From NCBI GenBank assembly GCA_964247055.1, contig OZ176057.1:2108001-2172000 (forward strand): a stretch of 64,000 nucleotides of DNA, in the 5' to 3' direction. Both the position numbers and the translations under genes were made by a program. Positions 1-13,177 of this stretch are shown here, piece by piece. Source of the stretch: Paragordius varius (lineage: Eukaryota; Animalia; Nematomorpha). Below the pieces are notes generated by a model, which saw only the letters and a list, made by a program, of their open reading frames with translations, searched no databases and was not told the DNA's origin. Position 1 is the first letter of the stretch, and every line of letters starts with the position of its first letter.

Positions 1-874
1 TACTGGGATCGGAAAAAGGATCGTTTTAGGCTTGTTCTTCCACTATTTTTGCTTCTGAATAATTGTTAAACATATCAAAAACTGTTTAAACTGAATGTTA
101 CGGTTCAAAATTCGATTAAAATGCTCTTTTTTTGAAAAATCAATTATTTACAATTTATAGAAATTATTTAAACTAAAAGATAAAATACACATATTATGTG
201 CCATACTTTTTGCGGTAGTTTTACGACCTAGATCAATTTTATAAAACATCATATAGAGGTAATATGATATTGTCAAATATAAAAATATGCATTTTTAGCC
301 TTCGCATGATTAAAATTTTATTTTTAAAAAATGTAAAAATGTCAGGATATCCTTATCTTAAACTTTCACATTGTCATTTGAACTTAGGTATATAATTAAT
401 AAAGCTTAAAATTGCAATTTAGCACCCAATTTTTTTAATTATTGATTTAATTCAACTGTTTTTTTGCATTAAGTTTTGGAGGTATTCCTATATGGACTCT
501 AATAGTAAAACACTGTAAAAATAATTCTATCTAATATTAAAGTATAACGTTTGATAGTTAATATACTGAGTACAAAATTATCCCATAATGTAATTAAATA
601 AAATGAATAGGTAACGAACTTATAATTATATAAAATATTTTATATATACATGAATTAAATAAAATTCTAACTAATTTATAAATATCTAAAATGGAAATCT
701 TTGCTTAAGTCTCTAAATCAATTTGAAATTAGTTTTTTACCAGTTTTTGGTGAAGGAAAAAAAGGATTTTGGATTCATACACTGTTATATTTATATTATA
801 TTATATTATATTTGTGCCATGGAGGAAAATTTTATATGGGTTAAAGAAACATACAATTAATAATTATAGTTTAC

Positions 875-2000
875 TAGGGGTATTCATGAGATTTTACCGG
901 TTTTTAGGTAAAAATACATGTTATTTTGAAATAAATTATTATTTATTTATTCAAAATATTCAACACCCGATTCGACATTTCTCTCATATCTCATAAATGA
1001 ATGTCGGGCAAATGATTGAATTTTGCAGCTAACCATTCGTTAAGCCATTTTCCCGTCTTTGAAAATATTGAAATTTTGTTCTGCGAGGTTCCCCATTGAT
1101 GCTGCATTATTCAGATGGAACGGGTCAGAAGAGTTCAGGGAAAAATTCAAAAGCGATCAAGGTGTCATTTGCTGTGAGAAACGAGCATTATCTTGCGAAA
1201 TCGTTTTGCCATGTTTTTGGCTCATTTCAGTTGTTTTTCGATTAATACATGATCGTCATGTATTTGTTAACTATAGTGTAAAATTTCACGGGACTTCAAA
1301 ACTTTAATTTACAATACCCTGGTCCCTCAAACACAGTCATGATTTTACTGAAGCGATTTGGCATTATGGATTGACAGGCTTGGCAAGATAAAGGCACGAT
1401 TTTTCCGCTTTGAATTACAAAATAAATAATTACTCATCAGTCGCGATCCGATGAAAAAATTATTTATTTTCATGACGCTGAAGCAGGATTTAAGTCACTT
1501 TAAGATTTTTGATTTGACGTTCATTCGAATTGAAGACCTATTTATCAAGTTTGTTGGGTTTTCCCATTCTCGCAGACATATTTTGATTGTTTTTTTGTGA
1601 TAAATGTAACGCCTCTGCTAATTGTTGTCAGTTTTGAGTTGGGTCATAATCAATAATTCTTGGACTTGTTCGCAGTTGTGTTGCCAAAGGCATTCTTTTA
1701 CATGAAATCACAACTTATTATTTATAAACTTTTCACGTGTGTCAATCGATAGAGCAAGTTTACTATATGTTTCTACTACCAAACGATAATTTTTAACAGT
1801 CGATTTCTTTTGATGGTTAAGTGTGCCGAAATTTCAGGAAAATTCGCCATGAATTAACGATAAAAATTAGTCGTTACAGTAAGCTCGATTTGGGTAGTTT
1901 GACGATTAATGTTAGATGAACGAAATGGGGTATGCAACCAATTATTCGTCTGCGTACTTATCTCTGACGTCTTCTCGTAAAACCGGTAAGAACTTAAAAA
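875..2000 (-). mobile_element. Degenerate mariner (Mos1-like DD34D) transposon relic, inside AKR intron 2
   Basis: Broken minus-strand translation from the ATG at 1850 gives KKSTVKNYRLVVETYSKLALS, DPTQNxQQLAEALHLSQ, NERQIKN, ILLQRHENKxFFHRIATDE, LAEQNF and KWLNEWLAAK. These align in order with Mos1-type transposase. The inverted motif ttaccggtttt occurs at ~894 and ~1980. Many stops and frameshifts. Confidence 0.85.
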
Positions 2001-2196
2001 GAATGAATTTTTTGGATAAATTCTAAAAATGTGTGTAAAACCGAAATCCACTAAAATGGCAGCTCGATCTATGGTATTATTTAGACATGAAATAGTATAA
2101 GATATTGTAGTCTTTAAAACATTGAAAGAGCTTAATATTATTGTTATTTTTAACCATAGATCTTAATTATAAAGTATTAAACAAAATTTAAATTAG

Positions 2197-3137
2197 ATAC
2201 AGCTCAAAACTATGGTAATGAGAGTTTTATTGTGTTGGCCAAGCACAACCTCAAACGTGAGCACGTTTTTATTACATCCAAATTAGGTAACACTGATTGA
2301 AACAAACTGTTATATATATCAACGATTAGTTTAATAATTAAAATCAAAGGATTTTTATATTTAATTAATTTTTTTACCATATTTTTTTATTCATAATTCC
2401 ATATAAATATTAATAGTTCAAGAATCATGTAAAATTACATAAACCAAATTAATATATATGACTTAAGTTCTAATAATGAATAAGTTTGATTCAATATTTT
2501 TTTTTATTTTAGACAGTTTGAATCATGGTGAAAAGGCATCCAAATCTATTGAACAATCACTTAGGGCAATAAGAATGGATTACATCGATTTATTTTTGAT
2601 ACATTGGCCCGGAATCGAGGTTCTAGATCCTTTCGACAAGAAAAACGCCGAAGTTCGCAGAATCAGTTGGAACATTTTAGAAAAGTTTTACAAAGCGGGA
2701 TATTTTAGGTATATAGGTGTTTCCAATTATCACATTAAGCACCTAAAACCTATGCTGGATGATGGCTCAATAACAATAAAGCCTGTAGTAAATCAATGTG
2801 AATTTCACCCATACCTGTTTGATAAAAAGTTATTGGATTACTGTAAATCCCATAACATACAATTTCAATCTTATTCCACGCTTGGTTCACATAGAGGAAA
2901 CAAATGCCTACTAGCCGATTCCCAAATTACCCTCATAGCTCAAAAATATGGCGCAACAGCTTCCCATATAATCCCGAAATGGGCTTTACAACACGGGGTC
3001 GCTATCATACCAAAATCTACTCAGATAAATCATATTCGGGAAAATATCATTTTACATTAGACGATAAGGATATGCAGGACATAAATAATTTAAATAAAAA
3101 TAAACGGTGGTGTTGGGATCCAACTCCTATACTTTAA
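2197..3137 (+). pseudogene. Aldo-keto reductase copy 1 (exons 3-4: 2197-2286, 2513-3137; exons 1-2 upstream of the window), disrupted
   Basis: AKR motifs DTAQNYGNE, FITSKL, DYIDLFLIHWP, IGVSNY, VNQCEFHPY, KWALQHG and IIPKS, with canonical AG/GT boundaries. Relative to copy 2 it has an 18-nt in-frame deletion at 2232/2233 and a 10-nt frameshifting deletion at 3047/3048. Confidence 0.9.
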
Positions 3138-4613
3138 TTATATAATTAAACTTACCAACTAACAGAATACTAGAAAATGTTAGGGGTTACGTTGCAGATT
3201 AGGAAATAATAATAAAAAACTTATAACCAATGGGCTGTAATTTTAGAAATTTATGTAATAAATTATGAGTAAAAACGGCTTTTGAAACAGAAAATTTTTT
3301 CTTGTGATTTGATAATCTAAAAAAAATAAGAGCCTCAAATTCAGAATATATTATCAAAATAAAATGGTTTCAAATTTTGTATATGGAGGTAAACCGCGGT
3401 AGTTTTAACTGAAGCGAAATGCCTAATTTATGTAAAGCTTTTTTATTTTTGATAAAAAATAATTAATTCTGTAATCAAGGATGGAGAATCAAAATATAAG
3501 TTTTTTAATGAATTTCACACATACTATATATATATATATATATATAGTATAATAAGATGGATTTTTAATATATAAAATATAGTATTGTAATGTTTTATAA
3601 ATAAAATCATATTTTTTTCTTCTCAGCTACCGAAGGAGTTATCCACATGTTTTCAAACCAAAAATTGTGTTTGAAAATATATTCAAACCTTAGCATTATC
3701 ATCACTCTTGATATTATTTCTTTGCTTTATATTATTTTCGAAGCCTAATGAACAAATTGCAGAGTTTAAATCATATTTTTTGTAAACAACTGAATGAAAA
3801 TTATTTATTATTATATGCAACGTGACTATAATTTTTTTAGTATTCTGAAATCTGGTTAGTTTATTTATCCAAAATTACACTGACCTAAATTTGGAACAAT
3901 ACAATTTACAGATAAATGATAATAATACATATTTGTTTGTTTTATTTAATAAGGCTTAATCTAAATTTAGTAGTAACGGATGAATTTATATATTGCAGAT
4001 TTGCTAAAATTATTTTATTTTGAATATTTACGCAAAAAACAGTATGAACTAATCTTTCAACAAAGTGCAAGTATTATATTTATGATTATTAAAATTTGGT
4101 TTTTAACCATAGTGAAATGGAATATGTGGAAAAAGCAAATTTGTAAGACAAAAAAATCCAATAATGGTTTTAAGAAATAATGGTTTTAAGATTTGGGGCA
4201 AAAGAATTCTAGATATCATTTTGATGAGCAGTTAGGTAAATCTCCATCTTCTGTAAAATGCCTTACCAAAGGTGGTTTTAAATCTAAACTTCAGATTATT
4301 AAACAGATTAATAAAGGTTTTAATTTATTTTCTAAAGGCAAAACTTAATTTTAATGCCTTTTTAATTTGCTGGGTAAGGCATAACACCTTTTTAAAAGAA
4401 GCTACCAAGTACACATAACTAGCTTTGAAGCCAAATACCAAAAAATATGGGCTCAATGGGAGTTTAACTCTAATTTATATAACAATGCATTTATGTTTCC
4501 ATTGATTAATTTTAATTAATTTGTGGAATCATATTTAAATTAAAGTAATTATTTTTTTTACATAGAGGAAAATATCCGAATGCGTATCCGTTTTTAAAAT
4601 AAATAATGTGGTA

Positions 4614-5274
4614 CAGTGGTTCCCACCCAACCTTTTTTGTTCACGCCCAACCCACTTCAAAAAAATTCTCCTGCTCCTCCCGAGAGCACAAAGATAAAAA
4701 TGCGAAATTTATTAAAATATAAAAAATTCAAAATCAATCAGATCCTTGATTTGCGATTGTTGAATATTTTTTTCCATATCAGGGACAAATCTTGAAATTT
4801 GGTCATGAAATCCTAAATAACCTTTGATTTGTTTTTAGATTTATAATTAAGGCATGAGAATCCAATATTACATAAATACGGTGTTCCAATGTACGCAAGG
4901 CAATTTGAGATAATTTGGTGTTAATTATGCACTTTTCTTATAACTAGCAAAGTGATTTTATATTTGAATTATATTTCAACTCAAGTGCCTCTTACTGTAA
5001 TTCTATCGAAAGAGTGATTACATCAACTGTTAGTGGATAAATTATTAAGCTAACGACCATTTATTTATTTAAACCAGTAAAAGAAAATAAATAAATAAAT
5101 ATATGTGAATTTAAAAATCTAACAATGATTACTTCACAATACATATAATATAAATTACATAATAAATGAGCCAATTATCAGCTAATGATTTATATTTATT
5201 AACATATATTTAAGGTTGTTTCCCCAAATTTGACGCGCCCCCTAGATCTTTCTATGCGCCCTTGGAAACCAATG
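4614..5274. mobile_element. Probable hAT/Charlie-like non-autonomous element (also in copy 2 at ~34341-34998)
   Basis: Left end cagtggttccc...caaccttttt; right end gcgcccttggaaaccaatg. No convincing TSD. Confidence 0.4.
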
Positions 5275-5469
5275 ACTTTAGAAAGTTTATAAACACTTTC
5301 TCCAATTAGATTTTTACCATTTCTATTATCTTATTTTAATAAAACATTTGTTCGTCTTTAAATATGTACAGTGTCCACAAAAAATAACCTCATGAAATAT
5401 ATGCATGATAGGGAAATGTATCAAAAATATAATGTTACTTTTGGTTTTCGCCCTTACGAGTGATATAAG

Positions 5470-5720
5470 AGAGTTTTTTACACTTTTGTGGTAAGTGCTC
5501 CATATCAGAAAATGGTAAAATTTACGCATATTTTATAAATAATATTTTTTAGGTGGAAGCTAAATGCTCATTTCAAAAAAATTTCAGTAAAATATATCAT
5601 AAACTACATATAAGCAATTTTTTCAAAAAAAATTGTGGGCTCCAAAAGTCCCAATATTTTTTGCTCTTCAAAAATGGGCTCGTTCTCCCAAAACAACCGA
5701 AAAAATTCTGGGATAATGCA
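5470..5720. repeat. Dispersed repeat family (further copies ~6945-7140, ~35200-35430, ~36720-36920, ~56540-56730)
   Basis: Shared blocks such as acacttttgtggtaagtgctc, gctaaatg and aaagtcccaa...gctcttc. Confidence 0.65.
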
Positions 5721-6418
5721 TACTTTATACGATAATTTAATTTTCATCTTAAAGCGTACTTTCTATTTCCAGGCATGATGAAAACGGTATAAAAATGTTT
5801 TTCAATATTATAAAAAAACTTTTGTAATGATGATTTCTATCGCTCAATAATATTATTTTAAGATTGTACCTCTAAATTTCGATAAATATCTGTAATAAAA
5901 CACAAATAATATTTAAAATTTGAAGTCGATCGAATATTTTAATCAAGATTCCGAGGTGAAGAAATGTTCAGCATCATTTAATTATATATAAAACGTATCT
6001 TTTAAGGGTTAAAGCGTTTTTATACCGTTTTTATCACGCCTCTAATATGAACTGCTTTACTAAATTTTCGAATTATTTTGAAATGCATTCTTAAAAATAT
6101 TTTTATTTAATATCAAAAAGCATATTACTTTTATCGCTAAATCACGGCATTTTTTCCTTTATTATGGGTGAATTTCGAACTATGTGTATTTTATGAAAAA
6201 CATATTTCATTTTTTTGAGGACAAAATCTATGAATTTATAAGAGATAAAGATCAACATCCTTTTACTATTAAATTATTTAGATTTAAAAGCGTACCTCAA
6301 CAAGACTCTATCGCATAAGATAAAAAATTGCATTAAATTTTAAATCAAATTATGTTTACAACATTCCTGATTACATTATGCATTTTAATGGTTTCTTATT
6401 TCACACAATACTAGGGTA

Positions 6419-6511
6419 ATTTGCAACACAGTAGTGTATGGAAAAAGGAAAGGAAATAATTGTTTATTCAACATTTTGTTGTTTTTTTCCATACGCTACT
6501 GTGTTGTAAAT
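6419..6511. repeat. ~93-nt hairpin (also 36210-36302)
   Basis: Arms tttgcaacacagtagtgtatggaaaaa and tttttccatacgctactgtgttg(t/c)aaa, with a loop of about 36 nt. Confidence 0.8.
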
Positions 6512-8034
6512 CGACCAATTATAGTAATTTAGTGTACATTAAAAGTTTTATTGCGCAAGCCATGATTGAGTTTATTAAGTAACTAACTTTTTTAGAGGTA
6601 AAATTTGCAACTTTCAGAGCCTAGGTCTAAACTTAATTTGTAATTTTTTAGTTTTTAAATATAGTTTATGATATAGATTAATTGTATTCTTTGGAATAAA
6701 GCTAGCTTAAATTAAAATAATAATAATAATAAAGCATAATATGCGCTAAATTTGTGATTTATATGGACCACATATCGCTATAAGTAATGATACTTATCTA
6801 AATACTTTAAGCTCCTGAAACAAATGCCCCTTACACTGCATCCAAAATCGGGGGTATAAAAAATAACCTGATAAATATATAATCTGTTAGAATAATGTAT
6901 CAGAATTATCATAATGCTTGTGCTGGCCCTGAATGAATTAAGAAAGTTATTTACACTTTTGTGGTAAGTGCTCGATATCTGAAAATGGCAAATTTAGACA
7001 TAATTTTTTAAATAAAATTATTTAGGTGAAAGCTAGAGGATTTATTCGAGAAAATATCACTAAAATAAAACTACATATAAAGAGGAATATATTTTCAAAA
7101 AATCTAATTTTTAGATGTGGACTCCAACCTACTTTTTTTGCTCTTATAAGTGATGGGATACAATTTGAGGCATATTACTCTCTGGGTTCAGCCGAAGGAT
7201 TTAAATAGCTTATTCCAACTATTGAATCAATAGCCGATAAGCTTAAGTTACAACGGCAAAAGTATGATTATCTAACGTGGAAAATGTTTAACACAGGGGT
7301 GTCCAACACAAATGGCTAGAAGAGCCACCTTTTCGACCTCAAAATTCCAAAGAGCCACTTTTTATTTATATATATCAAGACATTGGTATATTAAATAAAT
7401 TTATTATATTAACATATAGATGTGCTAATTTTCATATCAAAAAGAAAATAAACAGTATAAATATAAAATTATATCAATGTGTAAAAAAAAGATAAAAATA
7501 TTTGGATATGGTAAACTTATTGCAATTCGATAATATGACTAGAGTAGACTGTGGCGAATTTGATCGCCAAAATTTAACCTTTTATTATCTAATAAAAATA
7601 AAAGAAATAAATATAATTGCATAATTCAATTTTTAATGGGATATTTGTTTTGTAATTTTTTTGATTAATTTATTCAGACTCATACTAAATAAAAGTTATA
7701 AAAGACAATAATTTTTTTCTATAAATGATCTTTAATAAAAGTCATTGTTTTAAGTTTAAATTAGGGAATAAGAATGTAAATAGTTCCCATACTTAATTAT
7801 ATACATTTCATTGTTAAAAATTAGTTTATGTGGAAAAGATCAAGGTATGAAAAATTATATTTAAAAAAAAGATATTTGTCTTTATATTTATACATTTTGT
7901 CCTGTATGAATTCCATTTTAACTGTATGGTATTTATTCCAAAATATTAACTAAAAATAATATATATCAACCAAACATCTTTAGTCGTCAGAAAAAATGCG
8001 AATTCAAAACTTATAACCTAATTTGTATTTGATT

Positions 8035-8065
<31 letters not shown>

Positions 8066-8433
8066 AATTTCTCGACCTTGAACTAAATAATACTTGGTAA
8101 CTAGATCGATAAAATAGTGAAATAAAAATTTCTTCCCTGAAAAAAAAGTTTTTAGAATACTAATAATCCATATAAAGTTGCAATTATTTACTTAATTATG
8201 ACAAATGATTGTGTTGATAGTTATGTTATCTGTCACCTACCTAGTTAAAACTTAACTGTAATTTTATTTGTCAAAAACTCTAAACACATTTATTACTGTT
8301 TGCTTATATAGCACGCTAAAAGATATCTCATAAGATTATCAATAACCGCAATTATTTTTTTATTTTATAATAGATTATTCTTTTAGGTCTAAAGCAAACA
8401 GACCAAATAACCCATTGTATTATGAAAATTCCA

Positions 8434-10208
8434 TTAAAAATTTGCCTCCGCAACCTTGTTTTTATTAAAGGTTTTTTTCAGTGGCTTTAATATGTATTAA
8501 ACGTTATTATTGATTAAAATATATCTGTCATAATATATTTGTTAAATACCTGATTGAGTATTAAATAATAAATAATGGTTAATTTTTAACAGGATAAGAT
8601 GTTTTTCTTTACTAACCTATTTTTAATAATCTAATAATTATTTCCTTTTTGAAAAAAATGTATTATTTTTATTGCATTTGCATAAATTAAAATCATGATC
8701 CATATAATCAATGTTTTGGTAGATATTAAAACTAAAAATCGCTTTGAGACGTAAAATTGAAATTGGGAATATTTACAATAAATTCTCCTGCAAATAAAGA
8801 GGATTTAAACAATTGTGTTTATCTCGTAAATAATTATTAAATTATACTCAAATAGATTTTTAGCCTGCCTTTAAATAATTTATTTAAGTGTCACCACATC
8901 AAAAGCCAAAAAAATTATTAATTTATAAGTATGTATGGTATATATTCATTTTCAATAATAATTACATCTAAAAATCATTATAATAATTATAAATTAAACA
9001 ATTTAATTCAATGCAATTCAATTATACACTTAAATTTCATTTTTGGAATTTTGCTGGCCATTTACGTTTTTTTATAACAATTTTTAAATTAACCATGAAA
9101 TATAACCAATTATAAATAAATGATTATAATTAAAAAATCTTTTTGCGATATTTGGATTGTCGAAACATCCGTAATCCTTTAGATTAAATATTAAGCGTTA
9201 TTTGAGGTAAATTTATATAAGAGATATGAGTTTAATCCACATAATTTAGCAGGTAAATTTGACATGACTTGACAGATAATGATTTTTTCACAACTCCCGA
9301 CCTTACCCCCAAAAAATGGAATTGAACAACATTTTTTGAAGCATAGATTGTTTTTGATTTAAAAGAAGCCAAACTCTATTAAATTTTCCTTAACATTTGT
9401 ATATGATTATATATGTTTGTTGACCCTTTTCAATTAATTCAACGAAAATTGAGTTGGTAATAATAACCATGTTACCTGTGATATATATACATTTCCCCAA
9501 AAACTTACTTTTTATAAATTACACATTCACATGTTCAAAATAGTATAACTATATGGAAATTTAAATTTAAAAAAATATCAAAACCACATGACTAAAAAGA
9601 ATGATTTCAAAATTAAAAAATCAATTTTCAAAGGCGTAACTTGCATTTCTGGCGCCCCCTCCCTCTCCATGCAACCAACCCCTTGCTTGCATTATAAAAA
9701 AAATAATCAAATTCAAACCCTGGTCATGACCACTCTTCATAAATGGGTGATTTTTTTAATGTATGATTTACAATAATTGCTTTTAAATACCTATTTTTTG
9801 AGATAAATTAAATTTTTTAAAATCCGGCGCTCTCCTTCAACTATGGCGCTCTGTGAATTTACTCCCCTTTCATCCCCGTTAGCTAAGCCTTGGCCATTTT
9901 TATGAACAAAAAAGGGATTAACCTAATTTTTTGTTTAATCTTTTTTAAAAACTCAACAGTTTGCTCTAATCCATTTTTTCAAAGATGCTCAAATTGTTTT
10001 AAAATCGGAACTGAAACTTAAAATAGTCATAAATAATCATAATAACGTTCCTTAAAATATGTTGCACATTATAAAAAAAGTTTCCTTTTATTAAATGTAA
10101 CTAAAAATGACCTTATCCTATTCCCCAAAAAAAATATTGCGGTAACGGTTTCGGAATTCAATATGTCCAACATAATTTTTTATGCTTTAGTCTTCAAATG
10201 TATATGAA

Positions 10209-10252
<44 letters not shown>

Positions 10253-10683
10253 AAATGGATATGCAGCGAAAACAATGTGGTTAATTAAATAAACTGGGTA
10301 GTTATAACAAATTACCTGTTCTTGGTAAACTTTCATACGAACGCGAATGAAAACATTAGCTAACAATAAAGCCAAACCACCAAACACCAAAGTTATAATT
10401 AAATAGAAATGGACTGGTATATAATTCATGATTATCATTGGAGCAGAGGAAGGAGGGTATTCTAAACCATTTCTCCTGTAGTTACCTGTATTATTTAGGG
10501 CGGCAATAATAAGCCTGCTTGATGCTAAAGATGTATTATATGTGAATCCCGTTTTAATTTGATCTTTTTCCAACATAGTTCGTTTGGGATTGCCCCTTAT
10601 TCCTGAGCCACCAAAATAGAGATCAACCAAGGCTTGACAATAAATATTGGACGGGTCTCGCAACAGCGTAACATCAAAGCTAT
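8434..10683 (-). CDS. Unidentified membrane protein, copy 1 (main exon 10316-10683; putative last exon 8434-8484; upstream exons unresolved)
   Basis: The 368-nt exon has no indels between copies, unlike its flanks. It encodes ...GLEYPPSSAPMIIMNY, a hydrophobic span (HFYLIITLVFGGLALLLANVF) and a basic RVRMK motif, and ends at cag|gtaat. A phase-0 exon after aag| gives PLKKTFNKNKVAEANF* in both copies; this last exon is tentative. Confidence 0.55.
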
Positions 10684-11629
10684 CTGGTATCATGGTTTTT
10701 TTGTCTTTGTGTGAAAAGATTAAATTTCGTTTTTTTTGTTGATTAGGGAACAAAAATTATTTAAATAAATGATAATAATGAGTATGACATATAAAACAGG
10801 GAGTTGTGATAAAAAATAGAAAAATAATTATATAATGTATATATTGGAAGGTGAAAAACACTTTTTTCCGTTTTAATTAAACAATTTGGCCAACAAACGC
10901 ATAAATAAAACAGAGGTAAAAGGATGATCATGATAAAATAATATAGGATTAATAAAATGGTAGGACCACGGCTCCTAATAATTCCAAAAAAATCTATTTT
11001 TTTAATTTTGAAATACAGGGTAAAACTTATTTTCTTCGGATTTTTTTGTTTCAGTAAAAAGCATTATATAACAAATATTTATGGTGAGTGTGCTTATATT
11101 TATGTCGCATTTTATCCATACAATACAATATGAATTAAATACAGTAGGCAATCGCTCAATAAAAGCGAAACCATAGCTAAAATCGAAAACGGAATCATTT
11201 AGTTCAAAATAAATAATTTTAGACATTAATTGGACTAGAACCCAACCCAGAGATGAGATGCTTTCGAACTGGAATCTCTTTGTATAAATTTTGGTTCCAC
11301 TTGCTATATATCGACAAGTGTATATGGATGCCTCATTCTTTAATAGTTAAAGCTATGCATAGTAGCTTAAATCGTAAGATATAGCTGGTGACCTGTAAGA
11401 TGATCCTTTTTCGCGAAATATTTAAATAATTACAAATAATTTTGTTTTACCAATCTTAAAAGGGAAATAGAGAATATTATCTTTAAATGTTTCGAAACAT
11501 GTGGGGACTCATTAATGTTCCGAGAAAAAGTTTTTTTTATCATTTATAAATGAATGGATCCATGTGTTGCGGCGGTTCGTTTTAAAAGTTAATACGAAAA
11601 CGGAACTTTTTTTTGGTGGAAAAAACGAG

Positions 11630-11960
11630 AACAATGATGTACAAGTCACAGACAATGGCATTAAAGAAATCAGAAGAGACACTTAAAGCTAGAAATAAGG
11701 ATGCTTCGATTTATGTGCGGTGTATAGAGGAAAGACAAGAAGAGGAATTCATACATCAGAATAATCTGGAAATCAGATAAGGCAAAAGATATGTTAAATC
11801 GTCTTAAATGGTTTGGACACGTAGAAAGAAGAGATAGTAACTAGATTGGTGAAAAGAATAATGAATATAATGTAATATGATGGGAAAACATGGCCCTAAA
11901 ACGCGAGGACGCCATAGAAAGGGCTCTATGGGTTAAATTACGAATTGACAGCTCGAAAGA
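11630..11960 (+). mobile_element. Degenerate RTE-clade LINE 3' fragment (duplicated at ~43370-43700)
   Basis: Remnant translation resembling RMLR.MCGV.RKDK.RN.YIR and RLKWFGHVERRD, typical of the region after the RTE RT domain. Confidence 0.7.
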
Positions 11961-12559
11961 GTGATATGTAAATGCGCAGAGGGTGAGGGTTTAATTTGCA
12001 TATTGGTTTTGGCCTATCTCGTCTAAAATATAGGTTTTTTTTAAAAAAGCAAATCCCCAATGAATTTGAATATTAGTTTTGAATGAGCCGATAACTAAAC
12101 CGTTTTCTAAGTAGCCGCTCAGTGTACACGTAGCATTGTAAAAACAAATATGCCTTTGAAGCAAATTTTGCGCTAAACCTGTATTAATGAATTTGAATAA
12201 TAAACTTTAAACTTTATTAAGGATACCCTGAATATGAAGAAAACCATTTTTTATTCTAACTAGTTAGTTTGTCCGCGCCCGAAATGTTTGATATATTGGA
12301 TTTAAGCTAATTTTGGTGAACGTTAAAACTATATTTCAAGTGTAATTTTTTTTATAAATGAGTCATGGTAACTGATAAATATTTTGGAATAAAACCATAG
12401 ATTATTATCCTCTCGAAAAAGATTTCTGAACGTATATTGGCTAAGAAAACAAATTCTAAAAAAAGCAATTAGCTGATGGTTCAATTATTTGTGAACCAAA
12501 CAACTATAGTATTATATTATAGATTTTTGTTGTTATAGCTAAGATCGGATTCGATTGTC

Positions 12560-12914
12560 GCTATTTCGCAAGTGTAGTTAAGCCATATTTACGGTTATGT
12601 GTGATGGCTATCAACTGTTTGATGGTTTGGTTTCTTTAGTTAATTATCGATCCAACGCATTTTACATATGCCACGATATCTTGAACCTTCAACTTTGCTG
12701 ACCGAAGTAAGATAGTTATATTTTAAGGCATAAGCCGTATAAGGATATTTCGGCTTTAATTATATCGAGGATGTCAGTGTTTTTAATGTCCTTCCAATTT
12801 TTCTCTAATAATTTTCTCTACACCACATTTCAGAAGCATTGATATATCTTTCATCAACTTTTTCAACTCTCTACGGCGCACAGCATGCTTGGGAAGATAA
12901 AAGATTTGACTAGT
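12560..12914 (-). mobile_element. Degenerate RTE/BovB-like LINE 3' fragment, cut at its upstream side by the Gypsy LTR
   Basis: Minus-strand remnants ASEMWC, WKD.KNTDILD, YFGQ and RWIDN, in the same order as the LINE at 47.4-47.8 kb. Confidence 0.65.
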
Positions 12915-13177
12915 TGTAATAAATCAAAACCGTAAAACAATAAGATTTATTGAGATAAAGTGCAAAAACTAAACTACATACAGTTTGCGATGTTTATATA
13001 CTTTTTGTGAATATAATATTTACATGTTAAACCAAGGTAAAATAACGTGTGCAGGTTAAATACAAAATTGATACAATAGTTTAACTCATATATAAAAGGT
13101 CATCAAAATGTATTCAAATCTAATATATAAATTGGTCTCGTCTAAGGTTTACTAACTTGATGTATTCTAATCTATCA
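12915..13177 (-). repeat. 3' LTR of the Gypsy element (263 bp)
   Basis: On the minus strand a purine tract (ggataaggag) follows the pol stop, then TG...CA termini, with an internal AATAAA. Confidence 0.7.

Larger units (their letters stand above)
1..12525. repeat. Segmental duplication, copy 1 (left end lies outside the window)
   Basis: Position 1 (tactgggatcggaaaaagg) recurs at 28616. Colinear similarity continues to about 12525, matching about 45790. Identity is roughly mid-90s% up to ~8487 and clearly lower with many indels beyond (visual estimate). Confidence 0.95.

Noticed and set aside
769-2051. Short ORFs of 65-83 aa from the ORF track (and duplicates at 29.3-30.7 kb)
   Set aside because: Off-frame or antisense readings of the mariner relic and of AT-rich intron.
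8388-8470. Plus-strand exon SKANRPNNPLYYENSIKNLPPQPC with an NPxY motif
   Set aside because: It has a stop before any donor and no partner exons. The minus-strand reading fits the neighbouring gene better.
10187-10315. C-terminal YIYIYI extension of the 188-aa ORF
   Set aside because: Read-through into intron and a (TA)n microsatellite; similarity to copy 2 stops at the donor.
12259-12285. Helitron-like 3' end (minus strand cgggcgcggac...actagt) as the cause of the duplication
   Set aside because: No clear hairpin, no matching 5' end, no Rep/helicase, and it is not retained in copy 2.
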